A stretch of 64,000 nucleotides of DNA from positions 467,809 through 531,808 of the forward strand of contig CAVXUF010000002.1 in NCBI GenBank assembly GCA_963764975.1, in the 5' to 3' direction. Each line of letters opens with the position of its first letter. Positions within the stretch are counted from its first letter, which is position 1. Below, one piece after another: positions 9,005 to 19,570 of this stretch. Source of the stretch: an uncultured Chloroflexia bacterium. Its GTDB lineage: Bacteria; Chloroflexota; Limnocylindria; Limnocylindrales; CSP1-4. The notes below the pieces were generated by a model. That model searched no databases. It was not told where the DNA came from and was given only the letters and a program-made list of their open reading frames with translations. A program made the position numbers and the translations under genes.

Positions 9005-10569
9005 GCCAGCCCCGCCATCCGGATGATGCCCATGCCGTTCTGTCCGGCACCCAGCAGGCCGTCACGCGAGAGCGCCCACCCGTCACCGCCGTACGCGATC
9101 GGGACGACCGGCGCGTCCCGGCGGACGATCGATTCGGCTCGGTCGTACGCCGCAGACGCGATCGCCGGATCGCTGGCTGCCGCGGCCTCCTCGATGGCCG
9201 CATCGAACTCCGCGGAGTCCCAGCGACCGTAGTCATTCGTGGAGTCGCGGCCCAGGAGGACGCCGAGATAGTCGTTCCGACCGGGATAATCGGCGACCCA
9301 GTTGGACGACCAGATGGCCGGAGGATCATTGTCCAGCCGGTCGATGTACAGGCCGAAGTCCATCGTCTCGTAGCCAAGCGTGATCCCCAGTTCGCGGCGG
9401 ACCTCGGCCAGGACGGCGGCATCGTGGGCACCGCCGTTGGTGACCATCGTGACGGTCGGGAACCCCTGCCCGCCCGGGAAACCGGCTTCCGCGAGCAGCG
9501 CGCGAGCGGCGACGGGGTCGTGGACGGGCACGAAGTCCTCGTCGGAGCGTCCGGGGATCCCCGGCGGGACCATCGAGGTGGCGACGTCGGTCTCGGGGTC
9601 GCCACCGGTCGAGGCTAGCTGGCCGATACGACGCCAGTCCACCGCCATCGCGAACGCCTGGCGGACACGGACGTCATCGAACGGCGGCTGGCCCGCATCG
9701 AACCCGTAATAGCTCGTGATCAGGGACTGGACCTGGCGAAGCTGCGGTCCGAGGTTGGCGTCGTAGGCGATCCAGGCGGCGTCCTGGTCGAAGACCGGCG
9801 TGTAGTCGAGGGATCCGTCCTCGAACATCTCGACGGGGCTTTGGCCACCGGTGTCCGTGACGAGCTCGATCGTGGTGATCGCGGGGGGACCGGCCCAGTA
9901 GTGCGGGTTCGCGGTCAGCGTGATCGATGTCGTGCCCTGCCCGGTCGGGGTGTACCCGCCGCTGCCCACGAACCCTGGTCCCGGGACGAACGCGCCAACC
10001 CCGTCCTCACGCGACACGACGCCGAAGTTGGGGCTCGTGACCACGTCGATGAAGTCCGACGATGGGCGGGCGAGGTCGACCGTCAGCGTGCGCGCGGCAT
10101 CGTCCGCGGTCAGGCCGACGCTCGCCACGTCACCGGATCCGCCGATGTAGTCCACGGCGCCGGCGACGACGAGCATCAGCGACGCCAGCGGCGAGGGCCG
10201 ATCCGGATCGATGAGCCGAAGCCAGCTGCGGGTCACGTCGCTCGCGCGAAGCGGCGAACCGTCCGAGAACACGAGGTCGGGTCGAAGCTGGAAGACGATC
10301 CGGGTCCCGCCCGGCTCCACGCGCCAGGACTCCGCAAGGGCGGGCTGCAACACGAGCTGCTGGTCGAAGGTGACAAGGGTCTCGAAGAACTGGGCCGTGA
10401 CGGCGGCACTGCCGGCATCACCCTGGCGGGCTGGGTCCAGGACCGCGGGCTCGCCCGTCAGGATGCGCACCGGACGAGGCGACGGGGCACCGCCGTCCCC
10501 GCAGGCCGCTGCGACCATCGCGAGCGTGGCGAGAGCGAGCAGGGCGACCCTGACGGACGGACGGCGCAT
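8992..10569 (-). CDS. peptide ABC transporter substrate-binding lipoprotein (OppA/DppA family)
   Basis: Lipobox AAAC, LQPALAESW, FSDGSPLRASDV, PPFDDVRVRQAF; start at 10569 lies 7 nt after TATACT. Confidence 0.9.
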   Translation of the reverse strand: MRRPSVRVALLALATLAMVAAACGDGGAPSPRPVRILTGEPAVLDPARQGDAGSAAVTAQFFETLVTFDQQLVLQPALAESWRVEPGGTRIVFQLRPDLVFSDGSPLRASDVTRSWLRLIDPDRPSPLASLMLVVAGAVDYIGGSGDVASVGLTADDAARTLTVDLARPSSDFIDVVTSPNFGVVSREDGVGAFVPGPGFVGSGGYTPTGQGTTSITLTANPHYWAGPPAITTIELVTDTGGQSPVEMFEDGSLDYTPVFDQDAAWIAYDANLGPQLRQVQSLITSYYGFDAGQPPFDDVRVRQAFAMAVDWRRIGQLASTGGDPETDVATSMVPPGIPGRSDEDFVPVHDPVAARALLAEAGFPGGQGFPTVTMVTNGGAHDAAVLAEVRRELGITLGYETMDFGLYIDRLDNDPPAIWSSNWVADYPGRNDYLGVLLGRDSTNDYGRWDSAEFDAAIEEAAAASDPAIASAAYDRAESIVRRDAPVVPIAYGGDGWALSRDGLLGAGQNGMGIIRMAGLAWAE

Positions 10570-10755
10570 CGGCGGGAGTATACGTTCGGACCGGCTCACT
10601 CCCCCGCGGCGCCGTCGGATGTGCCGGACATGGTCGGAGGCCTCGCAGATCCACACCGCCGGGGGAACGGTGCCAGGGAGCCGCGAGGCCTCTACTCCAA
10701 CAACGTCCCGGAACCAGGAACGTTAGGCCCGCGGCACCCGGGATACGATGCCGGG

Positions 10756-12345
10756 GTGACGCTGCGCCTCCGCGACACCCTGACCCGAAGCGTCCGGCCG
10801 GTCGAGCCGATCGCGGCTGGGCGGGTGACGATGTACACGTGCGGCCCCACGGTGTACCGCTACGCGCACGTCGGGAACCTGCGCAGCTATCTCCTCGCCG
10901 ACTGGATCCGGCGTGGGCTCCTCTACCACGGTCTCGAGGTCTTCCACGTCAAGAACATCACCGACGTGGGGCACCTGCGCGACGAGCGGTTCGACCGCGG
11001 CGAGGACCGGATGCTGGTCCAGGCCGGGCTGGAGCAGAAGAGCCCGACCGAGATCGCCGCCGCCTACGAGGCCGCGTTCCATGCGGACGAGGCGCTCGTG
11101 AACATCCTCCCCGCCCACGTCTTCCCGCGCGCCACCGAACACATCGCCGAGATGGTGACGCTCGCCGAACGGCTCGAGGATGCCGGGCACGCCTACGCCA
11201 CGGCGGACCGCAACGTCTACTACGCCGTGGGATCGTTCGCCGGGTATGGCCGGCTCTCGGGGAACTCCCTCGACCAGCTTCGAGCCGGCCATCGCGGAGA
11301 CGTGGAACCGGACAAGCGCGATCCCGCCGACTTCGCGCTGTGGAAGGCCGCCGGCGAGGGCCGGATCCTGCGCTGGCCCACGTCGCGTTGGGGCGATGGC
11401 TTCCCTGGCTGGCACCTGGAGTGTTCGGCCATGGCCATGCGCTACCTGGGTGACCGGTTCGACATCCACACCGGCGGCATCGACAACGCCTTCCCGCACC
11501 ACGAGGATGAGATCGCGCAGTCCGCGCCGCTCGTGGGCGGGCCACCGGCGAACCACTGGGTCCACGGCGAGTTCCTGCTCATGGACGGCCACAAGATGGC
11601 CAAGTCCGCGGGCAACTTCCAACGCGTGACCGAACTGGCGGACCGCGGCATCGACCCCCTTGCGCTCCGCTATCTGGCGATGACGGCACGGTACGGGCAC
11701 AAGCTCGACTACTCGGACCGCTCGATCAGCGCCGCGGCGTCGGCCCTTGAGTCGCTTCGGTCCCGTGTCCGGACGTTAGGACCGCCGCCCGATGACGGTC
11801 CGTGGTCCGCGCCCGAGCCGTGGGTGGCCGGATCCGCCGGCGATCGGCCGTCCGGGATCGCCTCCGGCCTCGCGGGCCATGGCGAGGGCCCCACCGTCAC
11901 GCCGACCGATCGAGCGCACGCCCCCTCGGCTCCCCTGTCGGACCCCGGCCGGGCATCTCATGCCCGGTTCGTCGATGCCATCGACGACGACCTGGACCTG
12001 CCGGTTGCGATCGCGATCGTTCGTGAGGTCCTCCGCTCGGATCTCGACCCGCACGAGCGACGCTGGCTCGTGCTCGATGCCGATCTCGTACTCGGTCTGG
12101 GGCTGCACGCCACCTGGGACGTCGGGGCAACGGCGCGGGACACCGTTTCCACCCACGTTCCCGACGACATCGCCGAGATGGCGAGGGCGAGGACCGCGGC
12201 GCGCGCGGCCCGGGACTACGAGCGAGCGGACGTCCTCCGAACGCAGATCGAGGCGGCCGGCTGGACCGTGGTCGACGGACCCGACGGGTCGGCACTCACC
12301 CGTGCCGGGTCAGCAGGTCCCGGCGCGAGCCGAACCGGTCGATGA
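10756..12345 (+). CDS. cysS: cysteine--tRNA ligase
   Basis: [50 protein letters not shown]; GTG start 6 nt after TACGAT. Confidence 0.95.
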   Translation: MTLRLRDTLTRSVRPVEPIAAGRVTMYTCGPTVYRYAHVGNLRSYLLADWIRRGLLYHGLEVFHVKNITDVGHLRDERFDRGEDRMLVQAGLEQKSPTEIAAAYEAAFHADEALVNILPAHVFPRATEHIAEMVTLAERLEDAGHAYATADRNVYYAVGSFAGYGRLSGNSLDQLRAGHRGDVEPDKRDPADFALWKAAGEGRILRWPTSRWGDGFPGWHLECSAMAMRYLGDRFDIHTGGIDNAFPHHEDEIAQSAPLVGGPPANHWVHGEFLLMDGHKMAKSAGNFQRVTELADRGIDPLALRYLAMTARYGHKLDYSDRSISAAASALESLRSRVRTLGPPPDDGPWSAPEPWVAGSAGDRPSGIASGLAGHGEGPTVTPTDRAHAPSAPLSDPGRASHARFVDAIDDDLDLPVAIAIVREVLRSDLDPHERRWLVLDADLVLGLGLHATWDVGATARDTVSTHVPDDIAEMARARTAARAARDYERADVLRTQIEAAGWTVVDGPDGSALTRAGSAGPGASRTGR

Positions 12346-13264
12346 TCCGGTAGAAGTTACGCTTCGACTGGCGGTCACGCTCCGCCTCAGGCAGGCTCGA
12401 CCAGCCGCGGTGCTCATGGCGGGTCGCGGGGAGATCCACGCGGACGGCCCGACGCGGGGCGACAGCGGGACCGTCGTCGGGTGCGTCGTCGGGTGCGTCG
12501 CGCAGCATCAGGCTCCACCAGATGTCGAGGTTCCGATAGAACTTGAAGTGCTCGTCGAGCGGCCCGCGCTCCTCGAAGTCGGCTCGCCGGAAGGCCTGAG
12601 CGTAGCCCTCGATCGCGTCGACATCGCCGACCGGAGCGTCCTCGAAGGATCGCAGGTCGTCGGACGCGATCCCCCACCCCCCGGCGACCGCCACGGTCGG
12701 ATCGGCGAGCGCCGTGACCAACGGCGTGACGATGTCCCCCACCGGTTCGATGCTGGGATCGAGCACGATCACGACGGCCCCGGTCGCGCGACGGATCCCC
12801 ATGTTGAGCGCGGTCGCGTGCCCCAGCCGATCACTGGTCCAGACGATCTCGAGGTCCTCACCTGCCCCGAGCGTCGACGTCGCCTGTTCGTCCGGGGGTT
12901 CGTTGGCGACGACGACGATGGAGACACCAGGCGGCGAGCCAGCGCGAAGGCCGGCAACCGCGCGAGCCACGTCATCCGGCCAGTCCGCGGCGATGAGCAC
13001 GACCGTCGCGAGCCCGGTGGCCGGCGAGTCGAGCCGCGACGGCACGTTCCGGCTCGCCCCATAGCGAACCCGCTCGCCCTCCTCGACGTCCGGTGGAGCG
13101 GCAGGCGAGAGCGCGAAATCCGTGCCCCGATCAACCACGCGCCACCCGGCGGCCTCGATCACCGTTCGCAACCGATCTGCCTCGGCCCAGTCTCGTTCGG
13201 CACGCGCTGCGGATCGCTGGTGGGCGGCTGACAGGACGTCCTCGGGGATGCGCGTACGGGGCAC
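12296..13264 (-). CDS. family 2 glycosyltransferase with N-terminal CysRS C-terminal (anticodon-binding)-like domain
   Basis: GT2 core (ATVVLIA, LGHATALNMGIRRATG, GPLDEHFKFYRNLDIWWSL); first ~55 aa align with the C-terminus of the neighbouring CysS. Confidence 0.8.
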   Translation of the reverse strand: MPRTRIPEDVLSAAHQRSAARAERDWAEADRLRTVIEAAGWRVVDRGTDFALSPAAPPDVEEGERVRYGASRNVPSRLDSPATGLATVVLIAADWPDDVARAVAGLRAGSPPGVSIVVVANEPPDEQATSTLGAGEDLEIVWTSDRLGHATALNMGIRRATGAVVIVLDPSIEPVGDIVTPLVTALADPTVAVAGGWGIASDDLRSFEDAPVGDVDAIEGYAQAFRRADFEERGPLDEHFKFYRNLDIWWSLMLRDAPDDAPDDGPAVAPRRAVRVDLPATRHEHRGWSSLPEAERDRQSKRNFYRIIDRFGSRRDLLTRHG

Positions 13265-13268
13265 CGTG

Positions 13269-13688
13269 TCAGACGACCGTTCCGTGGACCAGCCGTCTGC
13301 CGTCGTTGATCGCCGCGTCCCGCACGATGTCGTCGATCACCGAGAGGTCGATGTCATCGATCCGCTTGAACCGGATGCAGCCCTTGCCGAGGTTCGCCTT
13401 CGGGAGACGTTTGGCGTACGCCTCCACGCCGATCGGGCTCGCGTAGAGCGAGATGTAGGCCTTGTTCGACGCGAGCGCAAGGATCATCCAATCGCCCTTG
13501 CGTCCGGACACGGACTCGTACTGGTAGTGCCCGTACGACAGCAATCCGCTCATCATGTGCCGCTCGAGGTTCGGGGCGACCGCCCGGATCCGGGCGTCGA
13601 GTTCGGCGATCTGGGGTCGTCGGACGTCGTCGAGCCCGTCGATATAGGCGTCAGGGTCGCTCGTCTTGGACTGGCCGTACATCCACAC
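13269..13688 (-). CDS. DUF1801 (YdhG-like) protein
   Basis: DPDAYIDGL, LSYGHYQY, LASNKAYISLY, LGKGCIRFKRI. Confidence 0.85.
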   Translation of the reverse strand: MWMYGQSKTSDPDAYIDGLDDVRRPQIAELDARIRAVAPNLERHMMSGLLSYGHYQYESVSGRKGDWMILALASNKAYISLYASPIGVEAYAKRLPKANLGKGCIRFKRIDDIDLSVIDDIVRDAAINDGRRLVHGTVV

Positions 13689-13771
13689 CTCCGATCAGTC
13701 GTACGCTCATGCCGCAGCGTATCCGACCCGGCTGGAGTCCGGGGACACGGGCGCGGTGATGTGGAGGTGAG

Positions 13772-14429
13772 ATGCCGGTCCGGCGAGTGCGGCTTCTGGC
13801 GATGGTGATGGCCGGCGCGCATGTTGGCGGCCGCGTGCGGAGGATCCGCGGGTAGTGCCGACCCGACGGGGTCCGGCGCGACGAGCGGGTCGATCGCGCC
13901 CGTCCCCGTGGCGTCCGACGCCGCGGGCTCGATGGTCGCGCTCCTGCGCGCCGACGCGCGCATCGCCTGCTCGCCATCCACCGCCGAGTTGCCGGCGTCG
14001 GCCGTCGCCGGGATCGAGTGCCTCGTCGCGACCGATCCCGTAGCGAGCGTCGAGGTCATCGCGTTCAGGAACATCCGCGACGCGGCCCGCGCGTATCTGC
14101 GCACCCTCGATGGCGCCGGGGTCCGTCCACGCTCGGGCACATGCGAGGCCGGCAAGGGCGGAGATGGCGCCTGGGCACCGGGCGACGACCCGCGCGACGT
14201 CACGGCCGACGATGGCGTCGCCTACAAGGGCTCGTACTTCATCCCACAGCGATACGGATGCTTCGTGGAGGACGGGGTCGCCCACGCGATCGCGACCTGC
14301 GGCAAGCACCTGGTCGAGATCATCTCGACCGGACGCCCGCTCGAACCCCTGCACACCTGGGTCTGGACGTACGCCGACGACACCGAGCGCGAGGAGCCGG
14401 TGCCGCCCGGCATCTGCACGGGCAGCTGA
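13772..14429 (+). CDS. Cys-rich lipoprotein, hypothetical (apparent +1 frameshift near 13820)
   Basis: GGAGG RBS before ATG 13772 (MPVRRVRLLAMVMAGA); one extra base, then MLAAACGG lipobox in ORF 13821-14429. Confidence 0.55.
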
Positions 14430-14494
14430 CGACGATCCGGGGCCGCGGCCTCCCCGTCGCCGCGGTCCGCGGCGGCGCCCCTCCGCGGAAGATC

Positions 14495-14983
14495 TCAGGG
14501 CCCCCGGAGCGCGTCCTCGAGCCGGGCCACGAACGGGATCTGGGACGACTTGATGCGGGTTCGTGCCTCGCCCGGATCGAACCAGTCCACCCGGTCGATC
14601 TCCGGGACGTCGATGACCACCCCCGAACCTGGCGGCCACATCATCTCGAACGTGTTCGACCGCGCCGTCGCCGGATCGAGATCACCTTCGACCGCCCAGG
14701 CGTGAACGATCTTGCCGCCCTTCTGGGTGATCGTGCCGAGGGCGAGTGCCGCCCCGCGCGGGACCGCGTGGCCGGTCTCCTCCTCGAACTCGCGACGGGC
14801 GACGGCCAGAAGATCCAGGTCCTCGCCGGCGGCCTCGCCCGGGTCCGGTTCACCCTTCGGGATCGACCAGGCGCCGGCGTCCCTGCGGACGAAGTACGGG
14901 CCGCCGGGGTGGCCCAGCAGGACCTCGAGCGCACCGCCGACCCGACGGTAGAGCAGGATCCCGGCGCTTTGACGTGGCGGCAT
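14495..14983 (-). CDS. NUDIX hydrolase
   Basis: LGHPGGP, WSIPKGE...ARREFEEETG Nudix box, PEIDR. Confidence 0.92.
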   Translation of the reverse strand: MPPRQSAGILLYRRVGGALEVLLGHPGGPYFVRRDAGAWSIPKGEPDPGEAAGEDLDLLAVARREFEEETGHAVPRGAALALGTITQKGGKIVHAWAVEGDLDPATARSNTFEMMWPPGSGVVIDVPEIDRVDWFDPGEARTRIKSSQIPFVARLEDALRGP

Positions 14984-15059
14984 CGGCGCGATCGTACCCG
15001 TCGGCGCGACGTTGGTTCGCTAGACTCGGCACGCTGATGCGGGGATCGAGGAGGGCCGG

Positions 15060-15647
15060 GTGCGCAGGATCACGCCGTCGTGGGACATGGCGATGTGGAT
15101 CGTGGCCGTGGTCGCCCTGACGCTCTCGGTGCTCAACTGGGTGGAGGCGAATCGACCCGCGGAGGTCCGACTCGTCCTCGCCGATCAGGTCCGGCTGACG
15201 GTCGGGCCGGAGGCACAGGTCTACCTTCAGCCGGTCATCGTGAGCACTGGCGCGAACGCCCGAGCCGAGGTCATCGACGCGGCGACGGCCTCGATGCTGA
15301 CACCCGACGGGGCCACGGTCGACCTCGTCTGGACCCAGACCGGCGCCTTCGAGGTGGGCCCGTTCCCCGACTATGCGGTCAGTTGGAGGATCACGAGTCT
15401 TCGGCCGGAGCCCATCGTGGTCACGCCGGCGGATCCCCAGACGCCGGTCCTACGCTGGCGGACGAGCGGCGCGTTCACCTGGACGCCGGGGGCGTACCGC
15501 ATCGAGTTGCGGGCGAACCGACTCGTGTCGGTGGATCCCCTGATCGGCGTGCTGCTCTTCGATCTGAGCCCCGCCGACGTCGAGGAGCTGTCGACCGAAG
15601 GTCCGCAGCGGTTCGTCGCCTTCGACGCAACGAGCGGTGACCGCTGA
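15060..15647 (+). CDS. hypothetical protein with N-terminal TM helix
   Basis: Coding-like 195-aa ORF. Confidence 0.55.
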   Translation: MRRITPSWDMAMWIVAVVALTLSVLNWVEANRPAEVRLVLADQVRLTVGPEAQVYLQPVIVSTGANARAEVIDAATASMLTPDGATVDLVWTQTGAFEVGPFPDYAVSWRITSLRPEPIVVTPADPQTPVLRWRTSGAFTWTPGAYRIELRANRLVSVDPLIGVLLFDLSPADVEELSTEGPQRFVAFDATSGDR

Positions 15648-15656
15648 GGGTCGCGC

Positions 15657-15716
15657 GGTCGCGCGTGCGGCGCCACGGGTCGCGCGTGCGGCGCCACGGG
15701 TCGCGCGTGCGGCGCC
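15657..15716. repeat. 21-bp tandem repeat, ~3 copies (GGTCGCGCGTGCGGCGCCACG)
   Basis: Units at 15657, 15678 and 15699 (last one partial), intergenic. Confidence 0.85.
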
Positions 15717-15800
15717 GTTCACGCTATCGGCCTACAGTGGACATGGCACGACACGTCCGGACGCGACGGCCGTGGCCAATGATCGTTCGGAGGACCACCG

Positions 15801-16151
15801 ATGACCGAGAAGACGCTTGACGACATGGGCATGGACACGGACACCGAACTGGACGGTAACGGGATCATGGACGTCGCGGAAGCGATCGTCGCGCGCGGGC
15901 GGGCCGTCGCGGAGCGCGTGCCGGCCGTCGCCGACGGCGCTCGCGGCGCCCTGGCCGGCGCACAGGGCCAGGTGAACCAGCTCTCCGACACCGGGCTTGT
16001 CGGCGCGATCGGCTTCACGGTCGGGCTGACGAGTGGCCTCTTCGTGGCTGGTGCGCCCCGGATCCTGCTCGCGCTGTCGGCGATCCCAGTCGCCATCACC
16101 GTGCGTGCCGCCGTCGCCCGTGGGGTTGGCCCCGACCGCTTGATGAACTAG
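15801..16151 (+). CDS. small membrane hypothetical protein
   Basis: GGAGG RBS upstream; two C-terminal hydrophobic segments. Confidence 0.65.
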   Translation: MTEKTLDDMGMDTDTELDGNGIMDVAEAIVARGRAVAERVPAVADGARGALAGAQGQVNQLSDTGLVGAIGFTVGLTSGLFVAGAPRILLALSAIPVAITVRAAVARGVGPDRLMN

Positions 16152-16872
16152 ATCGCCCGCCGGTACTCGGATCGCCGTAGAGGTTCAACCGGCCGGCACG
16201 GCCGATCCGAGTGACGGCCCCGGATCGTTCGAGGCAGTAGACGGCTCGCATCGCCAGCCGTTTCGACCGGCCCGTCGCGGCCACGATGTCCGCCGTCGTG
16301 AACGGTTCCGGCAGACCGTCCGGAAGCAGGCGCAGGAGGTCGGCCGGCGAGTCGAGTCGCCGTGTTTCGATCACGTCGAGGAGGCGGCGGTCCACGCGAC
16401 GCCACGCGCGCGGGTAGCGGTACCTGACGCCGTCGGGGACCGGACCTCGGATCTCCTCTTCGTGGATGAACGCCAGATCGATCCGGGCGTCGGGGTGCAC
16501 GATGAACGTCATGGCATGCACGAGTTCATCGAACACGTCGAGGGGCAGGCCGCGTTTGGGCGAGCGACGCCGCGACACGACGACCCCATCGGCATCGACT
16601 CGGACCAGCCACTTCACGACCGCGATGGGGTAGACGAGCACGACGCGATGCGACTCGAGGAGCCGCTCGAGCTTGCGCCGGATCGAGGCGAAGCTGCCGG
16701 TCTGGATCTCCACCAGTTCGTCGTGCCCGACGACGTCGACGACGAAGCCGTCCACCTCGGCCTCGACCCGCGCGCCGTCGATGGCCGTTGCGTAGCGCGC
16801 CTTGAGGGCGGCATGCAGCGAACCCTCCCGAAACGTCGTGAAGGCAGTCCGGTCCCGCGGCTTGGGCGTCAC
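16096..16872 (-). CDS. PD-(D/E)XK nuclease-fold protein with C-terminal winged HTH
   Basis: EGSLHAALK...VDGFVVDV...LVEIQTGSF; C-terminal FTTADIV...RAVYCLERSG. Confidence 0.65.
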   Translation of the reverse strand: MTPKPRDRTAFTTFREGSLHAALKARYATAIDGARVEAEVDGFVVDVVGHDELVEIQTGSFASIRRKLERLLESHRVVLVYPIAVVKWLVRVDADGVVVSRRRSPKRGLPLDVFDELVHAMTFIVHPDARIDLAFIHEEEIRGPVPDGVRYRYPRAWRRVDRRLLDVIETRRLDSPADLLRLLPDGLPEPFTTADIVAATGRSKRLAMRAVYCLERSGAVTRIGRAGRLNLYGDPSTGGRSSSSSGRGQPHGRRRHAR

Positions 16873-16938
16873 CGGGTCATCCTACGGGCGGGTGGCGCTC
16901 CCGGGCCGGGGCGCCTGCGGGCGGCGCCATTGGGCGCG

Positions 16939-17130
16939 TTTGCACCCCATGCACACAACGGGACGCGACGCGGGGCTTCCTGCTGGATTCGTGCATGCGG
17001 AGCAAAGATTCGGTCAGCAGGCCGCGGTTCGGCCCGACTCCCGGGCCCGTTTGGCCGGGGTGCACGGGAACGGAGCGATCCGGGGCCGATATTGCTCGTT
17101 GTGTGCCCGGGGTGCACACGTTGCACCCGG
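16939..17130. repeat. cluster of imperfect inverted (REP-like) repeats
   Basis: 16941-16960 TGCACCCCATGCACACAACG matches the reverse complement of 17097-17116 at 18/20; 16939-16954 matches the reverse complement of 16991-17006 at 14/16; further CCGGGGTGCAC copies. Confidence 0.6.
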
Positions 17131-17140
17131 AGCACGAGAA

Positions 17141-17830
17141 TCAGCGCGTCGTCGTCCTCGGGATGACGATGATCGCACTCCCACCGGGATCCGCCCCGAC
17201 TCGGAGCAACTCCAACGCGCGAGCACCGGGGACCGGGAACGTCGAGCCCGCGACGGCCGCGATCTCACGCAGGAAGGCGCGCGTCTGACGGGTGTCGCGA
17301 ACGATCAACAGGACCCCATCAACGTGCCCGTCGCGCTGCTTCAGGGCGAGCCGACGGAGCGTCGCCTGCCCATCGTTCGGCGCGGTCTCCGCCTCCACGC
17401 CGTAGCGCCATCCGGACCCGCTGACGAGCCCGTCCCAGGCGCGCTGGTCGCCGAACCCTGGAAGCGGGACCTCAGCCGCCCACTCGATGGACGCGTGAAG
17501 GAGACGACGGAAGTCCCCGACCAGCTCCAGCTGGGCCGCATCACGGATCGGCGAGCCGCCCGGATACGTCTTCACTGAGAGATCCAGTCCTACCACGGCA
17601 CACGTTCGAGCCAGGAGCACAAGATCGACGTGCTCGAGGACCCCACGCTCGAGACGGCTCTCCGTGGATCCCGACACGCCCACGGCAGCACCGACCTCCG
17701 CCAGGGTCAGGCCTCGGTCGAGCCGAGCGGCACGGATATCCGCGCCGACACCGACCCGGAGCCGCCGACCACGCAGCGGTCCCTCGATCGACCGGTCGCT
17801 CACGGGTTCCCACGATCGCCATCGTGCCAC
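17141..17830 (-). CDS. XRE-family HTH fused to a PD-(D/E)XK (DUF559-like) nuclease-fold domain
   Basis: IRAARLDRGLTLAEVGAAVGVSGSTESRLERG HTH; EVPL...RAWDG...GVEAET; start uncertain. Confidence 0.7.
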   Translation of the reverse strand: MARWRSWEPVSDRSIEGPLRGRRLRVGVGADIRAARLDRGLTLAEVGAAVGVSGSTESRLERGVLEHVDLVLLARTCAVVGLDLSVKTYPGGSPIRDAAQLELVGDFRRLLHASIEWAAEVPLPGFGDQRAWDGLVSGSGWRYGVEAETAPNDGQATLRRLALKQRDGHVDGVLLIVRDTRQTRAFLREIAAVAGSTFPVPGARALELLRVGADPGGSAIIVIPRTTTR

Positions 17831-18423
17831 GCGCCACTTACCTGGGGATCATCGGCGGTCCACCTGCAGGGACCGCGGAGACCTAGCCGGTCGTCACGAC
17901 CGTCGTGATGGGCACGGCCCGTTCGAGCGGATCGCACGCCGGGCAATGCGGGACGCCCGATGCGAGCGACGTCCTCGATCGTCTGGCGATCGACTCACGC
18001 CGCACCAGGCGAACGACGACCCGGCCGCTCAGCGGGCCGGCCGGCACCGACTCGTCGACTCAAGAAGCATCTCGTCGTCCATTGTGACGACGGTGAACAT
18101 CGGCCGTCGAAGGCGATCTGTGCCTGGCCAAAGCCGCATCGTGCAGGGTCGCCCTTCACGTTGCTGAGCTTGCTCGCCGGCTGGGGGGGCTTCCCGGGGC
18201 CGATCTGACGCATCGAACCGGTCGGCAGAACCTGTCGGGCGCGGCTCGATGTCACCTGAATTCATCCCGGACCCGAATGGCCAACCCGTCCGCGATGAGG
18301 CCGACGCCGCCTGCGGGATGGCAGCGTCCTGGTTCGATGGCGGCAAATAGTCGCTGGCGGCAGTCGATGGCGAGGTCTGTCTCCTCGAGCACCCGACGGT
18401 CGGACCTGGCGGGTGCGCGGACG

Positions 18424-19443
18424 TCAGCCGAACAGCGACGCGTACGCGTTGATCGCCGGCTGACCGCCCAGATGCGCGTAGAGCACGTTGCTGTCCGCCC
18501 CGATCTCGCCGCGCGCCACCAGATCGATCATCCCCGCCATCGACTTCCCCTCGTAGACAGGGTCGGTGATCATCCCCTCGAGTCGCGCCGCTAGGCGCAT
18601 CGCCTCGAGCGTCGCCCCATCCGGGATCCCGTAGATGCCCGCGTGGTAGCGGTCATCGAGGATGATCTCGTCGGGCCGGAGGTCCCGCGCCAGTCCGATC
18701 GCGCCGGCCGTTCGTCGGGCGATCCGCGTGATCTGATCGAGCGTCTCGGCCGGCTTCGCGGAGCCATCGATGCCGACCACGCGTCGCGGTCGACCGCCCG
18801 CATCTTCGAGGACGGCGAACCCGGCGATCATCCCGGCCTGCGTGGACCCGGTGACCGAGCAGACGACGATCGTGTCGAAGAAGACGCCGAGCTCGCGCTC
18901 CTGGTCGGCGACCTCCATCGCCCAGCCGGCGAACCCGTGACCGCCAAGCGGATGATCCGACGCGCCGGCCGGGATCGGATACGGCTTGCCGCCGGCCGCC
19001 ACGACGTCCGCAAGCGCCTGCTCCCAGCTCTCCTTGAACCCGATCCCGAACCCGGCGGGGTGCAGTCGGACGTCGGCGCCCATGAGACGGGACATCAGGA
19101 TGTTGCCGACCCGGTCGTACGTCACGTCCGGCCAGTCCACCCAGTGCTCCTGGACGAGGACGCAGCCGAGGCCGGCATGCGCCGCGACGGCCGCCACCTG
19201 TCGGGTGTGGTTCGACTGCACGCCACCGATCGAGACGAGCGTGTCACAGCCCTGGGCGAGGGCGTCGGCCAGCAGGTACTCGAGCTTGCGGACCTTGTTC
19301 CCACCGAACGCCAGCCCGGAGTTGCAGTCCTCGCGCTTGGCCCACAGGGTCGCGCCACCGAGGTGCTTCGAAAGGCGGTCCAGTCGCTGGATCGGCGACG
19401 GACCGAAGAGGAGCGGCGCACGCGGGAAATCGGCGAGTGACAT
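18424..19443 (-). CDS. acdS: 1-aminocyclopropane-1-carboxylate deaminase
   Basis: [46 protein letters not shown] and YAHLGG, which carry the Glu and Leu that distinguish ACC deaminase from D-cysteine desulfhydrase. Confidence 0.92.
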   Translation of the reverse strand: MSLADFPRAPLLFGPSPIQRLDRLSKHLGGATLWAKREDCNSGLAFGGNKVRKLEYLLADALAQGCDTLVSIGGVQSNHTRQVAAVAAHAGLGCVLVQEHWVDWPDVTYDRVGNILMSRLMGADVRLHPAGFGIGFKESWEQALADVVAAGGKPYPIPAGASDHPLGGHGFAGWAMEVADQERELGVFFDTIVVCSVTGSTQAGMIAGFAVLEDAGGRPRRVVGIDGSAKPAETLDQITRIARRTAGAIGLARDLRPDEIILDDRYHAGIYGIPDGATLEAMRLAARLEGMITDPVYEGKSMAGMIDLVARGEIGADSNVLYAHLGGQPAINAYASLFG

Positions 19444-19570
19444 GCAGGCTCCGCTGGGGCGAGTGCCACCGATTATGCGTCGCGCCCCACGGTGGTGACT
19501 CGTCCGGTCTGCCTCGCCGGCTCCGCGGCTCGAGATTGCCGCACTTTGGTCGGGCTGCCATGCTCCCGCG

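Noticed and set aside
9841-10755. 834-aa N-terminally extended CysS from the ORF track
   Set aside because: The extension is antisense to the oppA-like gene; CysRS homology and a promoter begin at 10756
15657-15716. 21-bp repeats as a CRISPR array
   Set aside because: Direct tandem copies with no spacers and no cas genes
17830-18420. ~600-bp apparently non-coding gap as an ncRNA or riboswitch
   Set aside because: No recognisable conserved motif or convincing structure
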